DNA of 62,222 nt, taken from IMG/VR virus record IMGVR_UViG_3300025490_000001, positions 1 through 62,222 of that record. One strand, written 5' to 3'. This document shows, in pieces, positions 46,650 through 56,200 of the stretch; positions within the stretch are counted from its first letter, which is position 1; every line of letters begins with the position of its first letter. Position numbers and translations under genes: made by a program. A model generated the notes under the pieces. The model worked only from the letters and a program-made list of their open reading frames with translations, searched no databases and had not been told where the DNA came from. Source of the stretch: a virus (Duplodnaviria; Caudoviricetes).

Positions 46650-47153
46650 ATGCTTTGGCCGCTTCTCACCGGACGCCTTGGCATCGCGCTCGGCTCGGCC
46701 TTGGCCGCTGGGGCGCTGGCGGCTTGGGGTACTGCAACCTTCCTGAGCGCCAGCCATGACGCCGAAATCCAATCCATCCGCGCCGCCGCCGCAGAGCAGT
46801 ACGCAACCGCAACCCAGCGCGCAGTCGAAGTAGAGCGCGCTCATGCGCAACTGGCAACACAACTAGAGGTGCAACATGAAAAAGCAACTAGGCAACTGGC
46901 TGCGGTGCGCGCTGATAACAGGCGTCTCGCTCGTGATCTTGGCGGGCTGCGCGACCCCTTCGCAGCAGCTTCCACCTGCCCCGTGCCCACCGGTTCCGAC
47001 AGCGCCGTCGATCCTGCTGCTACCGCCACCGTCGGCAGACTTTCAGACGAGGCTTCGCAGTTTCTTCTTGAATTCGCCTACGACGCCGACAGAGCAGCAG
47101 AATACGCCAACACCTGCTACAAGTGGGTCAAGCAACTAAAGGGAATGCAATGA
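46650..47153 (+). CDS. i-spanin (Rz-like)
   Basis: N-terminal TM, coiled coil, DADRA..TC. Confidence 0.78.
   Translation: MLWPLLTGRLGIALGSALAAGALAAWGTATFLSASHDAEIQSIRAAAAEQYATATQRAVEVERAHAQLATQLEVQHEKATRQLAAVRADNRRLARDLGGLRDPFAAASTCPVPTGSDSAVDPAATATVGRLSDEASQFLLEFAYDADRAAEYANTCYKWVKQLKGMQ
46876..47139 (+). CDS. Embedded o-spanin lipoprotein (Rz1-like)
   Basis: +1 frame; GAGGT RBS; lipobox ILAGC; Pro-rich. Confidence 0.78.
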   Translation: MKKQLGNWLRCALITGVSLVILAGCATPSQQLPPAPCPPVPTAPSILLLPPPSADFQTRLRSFFLNSPTTPTEQQNTPTPATSGSSN

Positions 47154-47455
47154 ACATCGAAATACTTGGCACCAAGCTCGACGCACTGCGCTCTGATCTT
47201 GATGCGCAGCGGGCGATACTGATCAAGCTCAGTGATTCATTCACACTGCTGGCGCGAGTTGAGGAGCGGCAGACCAATATCAGCATCGGCCTAGATCGTG
47301 CGTTTCAGGCAATTGAGCGGCTTGATGTGCGCTTGCAAACTGCCGAAGCAAGGTTGCCAGCATTTTCGCAAACGTCTGTTTGGGTTGAGCGTTTCATTAT
47401 TGCCTTGGTCGTAGCTCTTGGGACGTATGTCGCAAAAGAAGTGGGACTGCTATGA
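47150..47455 (+). CDS. Coiled-coil protein with C-terminal TM (lysis cassette)
   Basis: LARVEERQ..C-terminal hydrophobic helix; start re-called at 47150. Confidence 0.55.
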   Translation: MNIEILGTKLDALRSDLDAQRAILIKLSDSFTLLARVEERQTNISIGLDRAFQAIERLDVRLQTAEARLPAFSQTSVWVERFIIALVVALGTYVAKEVGLL

Positions 47456-47508
47456 ACCCACTCTTTTTCCTGCTCTGGCCGATCTTCCTTTTCTGGTGGG
47501 CGCTATGA
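47452..47508 (+). CDS. 18-aa hydrophobic micropeptide MNPLFFLLWPIFLFWWAL
   Basis: ATGA coupling on both sides; homologue at 18021-18083. Confidence 0.6.
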   Translation: MNPLFFLLWPIFLFWWAL

Positions 47509-47576
47509 AAATCTTGGTCTGCGCTGGCCACGGCGGCACCACAGAGGCGTCGCTGATTTTCTGGTGGCTGGCCTAA
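47505..47576 (+). pseudogene. Deleted amidase endolysin remnant
   Basis: MKILVCAGHGG matches phage A amidase MKILIAAGHGG, then stops after 23 aa. Confidence 0.7.
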
Positions 47577-47600
47577 AGCCGCATATTTTGGAGAGCTAAC

Positions 47601-48299
47601 ATGCCTCAAGCCACGGCCTACAACCGAGCCAAGAATTTCTTGGAAAACAACCCAGATCGCACCGATCACGCGGCCCTGAATGCTGAGCTGGACAGGGCAG
47701 CGCTGTCCATCAACGAGCTGCGCGCCAATGCAGCCCTGCTGCAAAATGATGACGGCACGCTGCGCAATGCAATCGTCACCCTCGCCAGCCTTGCCCCGCA
47801 GCTGGTAGCTGAGTTGACCGGGCCGCAGGGCATCGCTGGCCCAGCAGGACCGGCGGGGCCAGCAGGTCCGGCTGGCCCGCAAGGCGTGAAGGGCGACACC
47901 GGGGCCTCGTTTGACGCAGACGCGCGCGACACGTTTGCCAATCGCGGCCTGTACAACGGCCAGCCCAAGGGTTTCAGCATGCTGGCAATTGACACCGGCC
48001 AGTTGTTCTTCAAGTTGTCGAACACCGCAGGCGACTGGTCGGCGGGCGCGCCGTTCGGCACGGGCGCAACCGGCCCAGCAGGCCCGGCAGGCCCGGCGGG
48101 GCCGCAGGGATTGCAGGGCCTGCAAGGAATCCAAGGGCCACCCGGCGCGCAGGGGCCAGCAGGCATCAACGGCATCAATGGGGCGGTGACCAGCATCGAC
48201 ACGGCACTCAAAAGCGCCAGCTTGATCGGGCGATCCAGCATCAACGCACAGCTGCAACTGGTGGACGGGCAACTGCGCATCGTTCTGACCACATCGTGA
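47601..48299 (+). CDS. Second fibre with collagen-like Gly-X-Y repeats
   Basis: N-terminus paralogous to 42282 gene; two GPAGPAGPQG tracts. Confidence 0.75.
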   Translation: MPQATAYNRAKNFLENNPDRTDHAALNAELDRAALSINELRANAALLQNDDGTLRNAIVTLASLAPQLVAELTGPQGIAGPAGPAGPAGPAGPQGVKGDTGASFDADARDTFANRGLYNGQPKGFSMLAIDTGQLFFKLSNTAGDWSAGAPFGTGATGPAGPAGPAGPQGLQGLQGIQGPPGAQGPAGINGINGAVTSIDTALKSASLIGRSSINAQLQLVDGQLRIVLTTS

Positions 48300-48306
48300 G
48301 GCCAAA

Positions 48307-49014
48307 ATGAACGGACTGACAGAACGCAATAGGACGTTGGGCGAACTGATGACCGAGCTGCGCGCGCGGCTTGGATTTGTCGCGCAGGGCAGCGCCTCGA
48401 AAAGCAACGACGCGACGATCAAGAGTTTTTTGCAGGAGGCCCATGAGTACGTGTTTGGCGACTTGGAGCCGCCCGCCATGCGCAAGAAAGCCACCATCAA
48501 GATGGAGGCCGGGTCGTTTCTGTACGACTGGCACAACGACGTGGAAGATGAACCCATCAGTCCGGGCCGCGTGCTGTCTGTCTGGGTGAAGGTGGGCGAT
48601 CAAATCAGGGAGCGGCTGTCGCAAGGCATTACCGAGCTCGACCGCAGCTTTTCGTCGCTGACCGGCCAGCCGACCAAGTACGACCACCTGAACGGGCAGA
48701 TCGAGCTGTACCCGATCCCTGACGCGCCCTACGACATGATCGTGGAGTACACGGCCGACCGTGGGCGATTCGACCGCGCGAGTGACCGCACCAGTGTGCC
48801 CGACCGCCTGGTGTTCCTGTACGCGCTGGCCAACGCCAAGGCGCACTACCGCCACCCGGATGCGCAGGCGGCGGCAACGGCTTTCCAGAACATGCTGGGC
48901 CGTGAAAAATTCAGGCAAAAAGAAAACCGACGCTATTTCATGGACACCAGCACAACCCGTTCTGATGCGCAAGTAGCACGCACGGCCAATGGTGGCTACA
49001 CGCTCAGGAGCTGA
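48307..49014 (+). CDS. Head-tail adaptor protein
   Basis: TLGELMTELRARLG..GQPTKY..IELYPIPD. Confidence 0.7.
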   Translation: MNGLTERNRTLGELMTELRARLGFVAQGSASKSNDATIKSFLQEAHEYVFGDLEPPAMRKKATIKMEAGSFLYDWHNDVEDEPISPGRVLSVWVKVGDQIRERLSQGITELDRSFSSLTGQPTKYDHLNGQIELYPIPDAPYDMIVEYTADRGRFDRASDRTSVPDRLVFLYALANAKAHYRHPDAQAAATAFQNMLGREKFRQKENRRYFMDTSTTRSDAQVARTANGGYTLRS

Positions 49015-49017
49015 TCG

Positions 49018-50421
49018 GTGTCACAGATCACTTTTGACCGCTACGACTTAGGCATTGATTTGCGCAAGGGCTCCAGCGTGTCGGATGCAAACCGGCTGCT
49101 GGAGATGCGCAATGCCTACGTAACGACGGGATTGGCGGCGCAAAAACGCCCCGGCCTGACCAAGGTGGCGGATTTGGAGCCCGGCACCAGGGGCTTGTTT
49201 GCGGCTTTTGGCCGGCTGCACACGTTTTACGGCAGCGGCACGATCACGCACGCCAACCCGCTGTTTCAGGCCAACAGGGTGCAATTCTCTGGCGGCGCGC
49301 AGGCGGTGGCCGACGTGCCCTTTGCCGATGTGTTCAATGCCTTCATTTACTGCGCCGTGCAGTACGCGAGCGGGCAAGTGGAGCACCACTATCTCGACGG
49401 CAGCCCAGCCACGCACGTTGCTGACGCCAACTGCCCCGACACGCGGGCCTGCCTGAAGATTGCCAGCAAAATCTTCGCAGTGGGCGCGGGCAACGCGGAT
49501 GTGGTGCGCTACTCCAAAACGGGTAACCCGCGCGACTGGACGGCGGCCAACGACGCCGGATTTTTGCCTACCGGGCTAAACAGCCAAGGCGACCGGGCCG
49601 CCAATGCTTTGGGCGTGTACCAGGGCAATCTGGTTGTGCTGTCGCGGGATGGTGCGCAAGTGTGGGTGGCCGACCCAAACCCTACTGCCATGCGCCTGGA
49701 GGACATTGTGGAGAACGTGGGGACGAGCTTCCCGCGCTCGGTGGTGAGCGTGGGCGGCGACCTGTATTTTCTGAGCGACTACGGGTTTCGGTCGATCACC
49801 ACGCTGCGGCATACCAACAGCCTGGCCGATGTGGATGTGGGCTCGCCAATCGACGCGCTGGTGCGGCCCGAACTGCGTGTGCCGGGTGTCGCCCCAAGGA
49901 GCTTCTACTTTTACGGCACGGGCCAGTACGTGTGCGCAATCGGCAACCGGCTGTTCGTGTACTCGATCAGCCGCACGGCGCGGATTGCGGCATGGAGCCA
50001 GTATTTCTTGAGCGTGCCAGTGGACGCCTTTGCCGAGCTTGGGCAAGAGCTCTACATCCGCAGCGGCGATGCGGTGTACCGGCTCGACGAGCAGGCCAGC
50101 ACGGACGACGGCACTCAGTACGAGGTGCTGATCCAGTTGCCCTACATGGACTTCAAAAGACCGGGCAACCTCAAGCAACTGGTGGGGGCGGATGTGGTGC
50201 TGGAGGGCGCATGCCGCATGTCGATCGGGTTTGATGTGCGCGACCCCGATGCCTTTACCCCAGAGATCAGGGTCAAGGGCAACACCCGGCCCGGCGGGAC
50301 GATTCCGGTTGAATGCACCGGTACAGAGTTTTCTGTCCGGCTGCGCAATTTCGACAACAAGCCCTTCAGAGTGGACGCCATCACCTTGCACTTTCACGAC
50401 TTGGGGCGGGGTGGATCATGA
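49018..50421 (+). CDS. Tail nozzle / DNA stabilisation protein
   Basis: Beta-rich 467 aa after adaptor; AQKRPG, IAAWS. Confidence 0.7.
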   Translation: MSQITFDRYDLGIDLRKGSSVSDANRLLEMRNAYVTTGLAAQKRPGLTKVADLEPGTRGLFAAFGRLHTFYGSGTITHANPLFQANRVQFSGGAQAVADVPFADVFNAFIYCAVQYASGQVEHHYLDGSPATHVADANCPDTRACLKIASKIFAVGAGNADVVRYSKTGNPRDWTAANDAGFLPTGLNSQGDRAANALGVYQGNLVVLSRDGAQVWVADPNPTAMRLEDIVENVGTSFPRSVVSVGGDLYFLSDYGFRSITTLRHTNSLADVDVGSPIDALVRPELRVPGVAPRSFYFYGTGQYVCAIGNRLFVYSISRTARIAAWSQYFLSVPVDAFAELGQELYIRSGDAVYRLDEQASTDDGTQYEVLIQLPYMDFKRPGNLKQLVGADVVLEGACRMSIGFDVRDPDAFTPEIRVKGNTRPGGTIPVECTGTEFSVRLRNFDNKPFRVDAITLHFHDLGRGGS

Positions 50422-50864
50422 GGCTGCGCATGGCCACTGTGGCAGACCTGCCTGCCATTTGCGTGCTGGGCCGGGCCATGCACCAGGAATCGACCTTTGC
50501 GCCCATGGACTACGACCTCGAGCGCGTGAAAGAAACATTGGGCGGCTTGATGGACAAAAGTCAGTTCGTGGTGGTGGCTGAGGGTACAAACGGAGATGTG
50601 ATCGGCGGCATGGCGGGCATGGTGACGCAAAGCTGGTTTGGCAACGACATGGTGGCCAACGATCTGGCGCTGTTCATTCACCCAGACCATCGCGGCGGCA
50701 TGCTGGCGGCGCGGCTGATCAAGACTTTTGTGAAATGGGCGCGGCTGGCGGGTGCCAAGCAGATCAGGCCGGGTGTGATCTCGGGCTGCGAGGTGGCCGA
50801 TGCGTTGTACGAAAAATTGGGCTTCCGCCGGTGCGGGGCCACGTTTGTAATGGAAGGAGTTTGA
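50418..50864 (+). CDS. GNAT-family acetyltransferase-like virion assembly protein
   Basis: LFIHPDHRGG..LYEKLGF; start re-called at 50418. Confidence 0.75.
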   Translation: MRLRMATVADLPAICVLGRAMHQESTFAPMDYDLERVKETLGGLMDKSQFVVVAEGTNGDVIGGMAGMVTQSWFGNDMVANDLALFIHPDHRGGMLAARLIKTFVKWARLAGAKQIRPGVISGCEVADALYEKLGFRRCGATFVMEGV

Positions 50865-50865
50865 T

Positions 50866-51501
50866 ATGGGCGGTGGCGGCGGCGGTGATGGAGGCGCGGG
50901 TGCAGCCCGGCAGCAAGAGGATGACCGTCAAGCGCGCATCCGCGCAGCGACGGATGCGATCAACCAGACGTTCAACGGCGGCGGGCGCGAGTCGCTGTAT
51001 GCCGATCAACGCAACGCGGTGTTTGACCTCAACCGGCAAGACGTTGACCGGCAGGCCACGGAGGCCGAGCGCTTCAACCGTTTTGGCTTGGCGCGCACCG
51101 GGTTGATGGGCGGATCGGTGCAGGTCGATAGCCTGGCCGACATCAACCGGCGCACCAATGAGGGCCTGATGCGCGCAGGCGGCGTGGCCGATCAGGCGGC
51201 GGCCGATCTGCGCACAGCAGACGAGCAGGCGCGCGCCAACTTGATCGGTCTGGCGCAGTCGGGCATCGACACGGGCACCGCCGCATCGCAGTCGCTCAAC
51301 GCGCTGCGCGTCAACAGCGCAAACGCCTCCAGCGCGCGCGCAGGGGCCACGGTGGGCGGGTTGTTCAACGACATGGCGCAAGCCTACCTGATGAACCAGA
51401 TGAACACCGGGCGCGCTGCGGCTGGCAGCGGGACGAATCAGCAGCAGTGGTTTGGCGTATCGAACCCGCGCGCCGGCAACAGCGGCACCGTTACCCGGTA
51501 A
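50866..51501 (+). CDS. Internal virion / DNA ejection protein
   Basis: MGGGGGG N-terminus; podovirus synteny. Confidence 0.6.
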   Translation: MGGGGGGDGGAGAARQQEDDRQARIRAATDAINQTFNGGGRESLYADQRNAVFDLNRQDVDRQATEAERFNRFGLARTGLMGGSVQVDSLADINRRTNEGLMRAGGVADQAAADLRTADEQARANLIGLAQSGIDTGTAASQSLNALRVNSANASSARAGATVGGLFNDMAQAYLMNQMNTGRAAAGSGTNQQQWFGVSNPRAGNSGTVTR

Positions 51502-51511
51502 GGAGCAAATC

Positions 51512-52261
51512 ATGATCCCATTGATCCCGGCGCTCATTGCCACAATTGCAGGCGCGGCCATCCAGAACCGGGCGGCGCGCGATGCGCAGCAGCGCATGGA
51601 ATCAGCAACGCAGCGCAGCCTGGAGAGCCAGCGCCGGTTGCAGATGCAGGCCGAGCGCAGGGCGCTGGACACGGCCGCCACTTACGAGACACCGAAGCGG
51701 CAGGCGGAGCAGACGCAGATTGCGGATCAGATCACGCAGGAACTGATTGCGCCGGTGAGCGAGAGCCAGGCGATCCGCAGCGGCCAGCAGGAAACGCAGG
51801 GCAACGTGTCGGACGACTACCTGACCGCTCGAGCTACCAGCGATCTGAACACCATGCGGCAGGCCGAGCAGCTGGCGCGCCTGCTGGGCAAGACCAGCAG
51901 CGCGGGCCGTCTGCGCATGAACGAGGGCATCCGCATGATGGATGCCGGCATGGATGTGGACCGGCTGGGCAATTTTTCGCGCGGGCAGGCCGGAGCCGAC
52001 CGGATTGCCATCGATGCCGCTGGCCGGGTTGACCCCGGGCAAATGTTCCTTGGCTCACTGCTGCAGGGCGCGGGCACGGCGGGGCTTTCCGCTGGCGGCA
52101 ACAACCTGACATCTCTGGGGGCGGGCCTGAAGTACGGCGCCAGCGGGCAGCAGGCGGCCATGCTGGCGGCGCAGGAGGCGGGCATGGGCACGGGCGGGCT
52201 TTGGAACCTGGGCGGCGCGGCGCGCGATGGGTTTAACCAGTTTGCGAGGGCTTTCCGATGA
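51512..52261 (+). CDS. Internal virion / DNA ejection protein
   Basis: Hydrophobic N-terminus, Q/A-rich helices; AAGGAG RBS. Confidence 0.6.
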   Translation: MIPLIPALIATIAGAAIQNRAARDAQQRMESATQRSLESQRRLQMQAERRALDTAATYETPKRQAEQTQIADQITQELIAPVSESQAIRSGQQETQGNVSDDYLTARATSDLNTMRQAEQLARLLGKTSSAGRLRMNEGIRMMDAGMDVDRLGNFSRGQAGADRIAIDAAGRVDPGQMFLGSLLQGAGTAGLSAGGNNLTSLGAGLKYGASGQQAAMLAAQEAGMGTGGLWNLGGAARDGFNQFARAFR

Positions 52262-53283
52262 TGACGACACTGACGCGCGACCCGACCCAGGCATGGGCTG
52301 GTGCCGGCCGGGGCATTGCGGGGGCGCTTGGGGCGCTGCTTCAGGGCGAGGCAGTGCGCCAGCGCGCCCAGCAAGAGCAGGAGCAGAGCTTGGCCGATAT
52401 CTACTACCGCAACATGAGCGGCAACCGGGCTGGGGCCGACGCGCTCAAGATCGGCGAAGAGGCGACCGGGCTGGGCCTGACCAACGCTGCGCGGCAGGCA
52501 CCGATTGATCCGGCTCTGTCGCGCTACATGCAGGACGCCGTTCGACTGTTCCAAATGACCGGCGACACCAACATGGAGCGGTTTGCCAATGCTGGCACGG
52601 CGATCCAAACCCAAGGTCTGCGCGATCAGGCGCTGGCCAATGTGGGCGACCTGGACAAGATGAACCGGCTGAACACGCTGACGCGACCGGGCGAGACCTA
52701 CATGCCGTTCAGCGCCGTCGGGAATACGGGCGGCGCGATCAACCAGGCAACCGGCGAGGGCACGGTGTGGGATGAAGCGCTGCGCAGCCTTTTTACCCAA
52801 GAATCAGGGGCGCAGGTGGCGCGCGACCGCGGCGCGGCAAACGCATCCAACGCGGCGGCCGGGCGGTCGAGTGCCGAGCGCCAAATGACGCTGGCCGAAC
52901 TGGCGCACCTGAACACGCATGGTGCTAGGCCGGGCACGGGCGCAGAGGCGTCTGAGGGCGCGCTTTCCTCGACCATCTTGCGCACGCTGCAGGTGCCCGC
53001 CCTGGACGACAAGGGGCGGCCGGTGCGCAACCGGACCACGGGTGAGATGCAAACGCAAATCGACCAGGCCGCACTGGCCCGCTTTTACGCATGGACGAGC
53101 GCCAACGGCCGGCGACCCACAGCCACTGCGTTTGCGCAGTGGGAGGCGCAAGGACGGCCCGCAGCCGCCGCAAGCCCGGCAACTGCGCTAGAAAGTGCGC
53201 GCCAGGCGATTGCCAGAGGCGCGCCACGCGAGCAGGTGATTCAGCGCCTGCGGCAAAACGGGATAGACCCAACGGGGCTGTAA
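52258..53283 (+). CDS. Internal virion / DNA ejection protein
   Basis: Synteny; A/G-rich. Confidence 0.55.
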   Translation: MMTTLTRDPTQAWAGAGRGIAGALGALLQGEAVRQRAQQEQEQSLADIYYRNMSGNRAGADALKIGEEATGLGLTNAARQAPIDPALSRYMQDAVRLFQMTGDTNMERFANAGTAIQTQGLRDQALANVGDLDKMNRLNTLTRPGETYMPFSAVGNTGGAINQATGEGTVWDEALRSLFTQESGAQVARDRGAANASNAAAGRSSAERQMTLAELAHLNTHGARPGTGAEASEGALSSTILRTLQVPALDDKGRPVRNRTTGEMQTQIDQAALARFYAWTSANGRRPTATAFAQWEAQGRPAAAASPATALESARQAIARGAPREQVIQRLRQNGIDPTGL

Positions 53284-56200
53284 ATGACCATCGAATTCGA
53301 CGACCTGATACCGCAAAACACCGACATCAGGTTCGACGACCTGATACCGAACGGCGACCCGTCACAACCCCGCACTCGCCGCGCCGTGCCCGAGCGCACT
53401 CTCGGCACGGCGGCGCGCGACCTTGCCGCTGGCGCGCTGCAAATCGGGCCAACCGCCATCAAAGGCGTGGCCGAAATTGGCAGACTGGCCACAGGCGACA
53501 GGCTGGGCGCGGGCCTGTCTGGGCGGATGGAGCGCGGCATGCAGGCGATCCGGGAGGTAGTCGGCTCCGAGCGCGCCGAGGCCATGCGCGAGAATTTCAT
53601 GGCCGACATGGCCGACGATGAGGTCGGCGTCTTGCAAGCAATCAGCCAGAACCCGGGCGCGATTGGCAACATGGTGCTGCCTACCATCGGAAGCATGTTT
53701 TTGCCGGTCGGCGCTGGCGTGGCGGGGGCACGGCTAGCCACGGCTGGCAAAGCGGTGCAGGGCATGAGCAAGGCCGAAATCGCCGCACGGGTGGCGCGCG
53801 CGCAAACTGTGGCAGGCGTCGGCACGATTACGGCCCAAAACGCGGCATCGACGTTCGCCGAACTGGTGGGTCAGGGCGTGCCGATGGAGGACGCATACCT
53901 TGGTGCGGCTATCACGGTGCCGTTTACCGTGGTGGCAGGCGCTCTGACGCGAGGCGGCGCTGAGGGTGCCGTCACGCGAGCGATTACCGGCACTGGCAGC
54001 AGATCAGCGGCGGGCCGCGTCGGGCAAGTGGGTGCAGCGGGCTTGATGGAGGGCGGTCAAGAGGCGATCGAGACGGTTGGGCAAGTGACGGGCCGCGCGG
54101 CCGGGTCAGGGGATGCGCCAAGCGGCACGGCGGCAGTAAAAGAGGTGGCCGTGGCAGGGCTGCTTGGCGCGCTGATGGGCGGCGGCGTGAATGTGGCCAC
54201 CCAAGCAGCCCAGCGCGGCCAGCCCGAGCAGCCAGCCATAAACCTGACCGACTACCAAGAAGCGGCGCGGCAGGCTCTCGGGCAAACCACACCCAGCCAA
54301 GCCCCAGCGCAGCCGGTGGCGGCACTCGATGCCGAGGCGACGAACCGGATTTTGCAGGCCATCGAGCGCGCCCAGAATGTCCAAAACGCAACACCAGCAG
54401 CCCGAACCCAAGCCCCGGCCCAAACCGCGCCAGTTGAAGCGCCGGCGCCAGCAGGAAGCGATGCAACCCCGGCCGCTGTACTACCCGACGCGGGAGGAAG
54501 TGGCGACGTACAAGCCGCTGGGCTGACGTTCGATGACTTGGTGCCCGCTACTACCGAAGCACCGCAAGCTACTACCGAAGCGGCTCCGGTAACGCCTGAT
54601 GCGCCGGTGGATGGTGCCATCACTGATGAGGGTACCAAGCCCGATGTCTCCCTCACGAATGAGGGTAAGACACCCATCCTGCAAAACCGCAACCGCGCCA
54701 CGCCGTCGAGCATTGCGCAGATGCAGAGCATTGCCACCCAGCCCGACTATGGGCGGATGGGCTTCTCGCGCGACTTTGCCAACGGCGCGCCGGTGGTGGC
54801 CGGAGGTGAGATCGCACCGGAGCAGATGGGCCGCCAAGATGTGGCCGTGGCCAGCGACGGACGCCGCATCCCGGTGCAGTACGCCGTGATCGAGGCCAGC
54901 GATGTGCTGACCTCAAACCGGGCGGACGGCGCGGCCAACCCGGACTACGGTAACCAGGCGGTGCAGCGCATCCGCGCAATTGCGGGCAACGGGCGCGTGG
55001 CTGGCTTGCAGGTGGCTTACAGCCAAGGCACTGCGGCAGGGTACACGCAGGAACTGGCGCAAGACACCCTGCACGGCGTGAACCCGGATGTGATTCGCGC
55101 CATGCGCGCGCCGGTGCTGGTGCGCGTGATGCCGGCCGATCAAGTGACGGCCGACATTGGGGATGTGTCCAACACGGTGGGCAACCTGAACCTGTCGGCG
55201 GTGGAGCAGGCCAACAACGACGCGGCGCGCGTGAATTTGAGCGCTTTGAAGTTTGCCGAGGACGGCAGCATTACCCCGGAGGCGGTGCGCCAGTTTGTGC
55301 GCGCCATGCCGCAAGCCGAACAAGGCGGGCTGATCGACACCAACGGGCAGCCAAGCAAGCAGGCAGTGGATCGCATCAATGCGGCTGTGTTTGCCAAGGC
55401 CTACGGCAACGACGAGCTGGTGCGACTGTACGCGCAGGCCCAAGACCCCGAAGCGCGCAACGTGCTGTCGGCGCTGGCGCAAGTGGCGCCGAAGATGGCC
55501 CGACTGGAAGGCGCTGGTGCGCTCGATATCCGCGACGTGGTGACGCAGGCGGCCGAGATCGCGGTCAATGCGCGGCGCGAGGGCCGGGCCTTGGCGCTGG
55601 CGGCGCAGCAGGTTGACATGGCAGCCGACCCCATGGTGGGCGTGGTGCTGGAGTTGTTTGCCCGCAACGCACGCAGCGTCAAGCCGGTGGTGGAGGCCCT
55701 AGGCAATGCCGCCGACTTTGCCTATACTGAGGCAACCAAGCCCGCAGCCGATATGTTCGGCGAGGTGCCGCGCGCCAGCCGCGCCGATGCCATCAACCTA
55801 CTGAGGCCGCAAAATGAACGAGCAAGCCAAGAAAATCTGGAACAGCCCGCAGGGCGTGGGCCTGTTCCGGTCGATGCTGGCCGGGCAGCAGCCGAGCCCG
55901 CAGCAGCAGCAGGCCCTGGGCCAACTCAAGCAGGCCGACCCGCCGCAGATCAAGCAGCCGACCAACCCGCCAGCCAGCCAACCCTAAGCAGCTACACGCC
56001 CGAGGAAGTCACCCAGCGCCTTGAGCGGCTGGAGCAGGCAGAGCGAGAGCGCCAGCAGCAGGAGCGCCAGGCCGAGCAGCGCGAGCGCGCCGACCGCGAG
56101 CGCGGCGAGTTCACCCTGGCCGGCAGCGATCGCGCGGCCGACGCCAACCCGAACCAAGGCGATATTTTCGATCTGCGCGAAGATGGAGGGGCCTACAATG

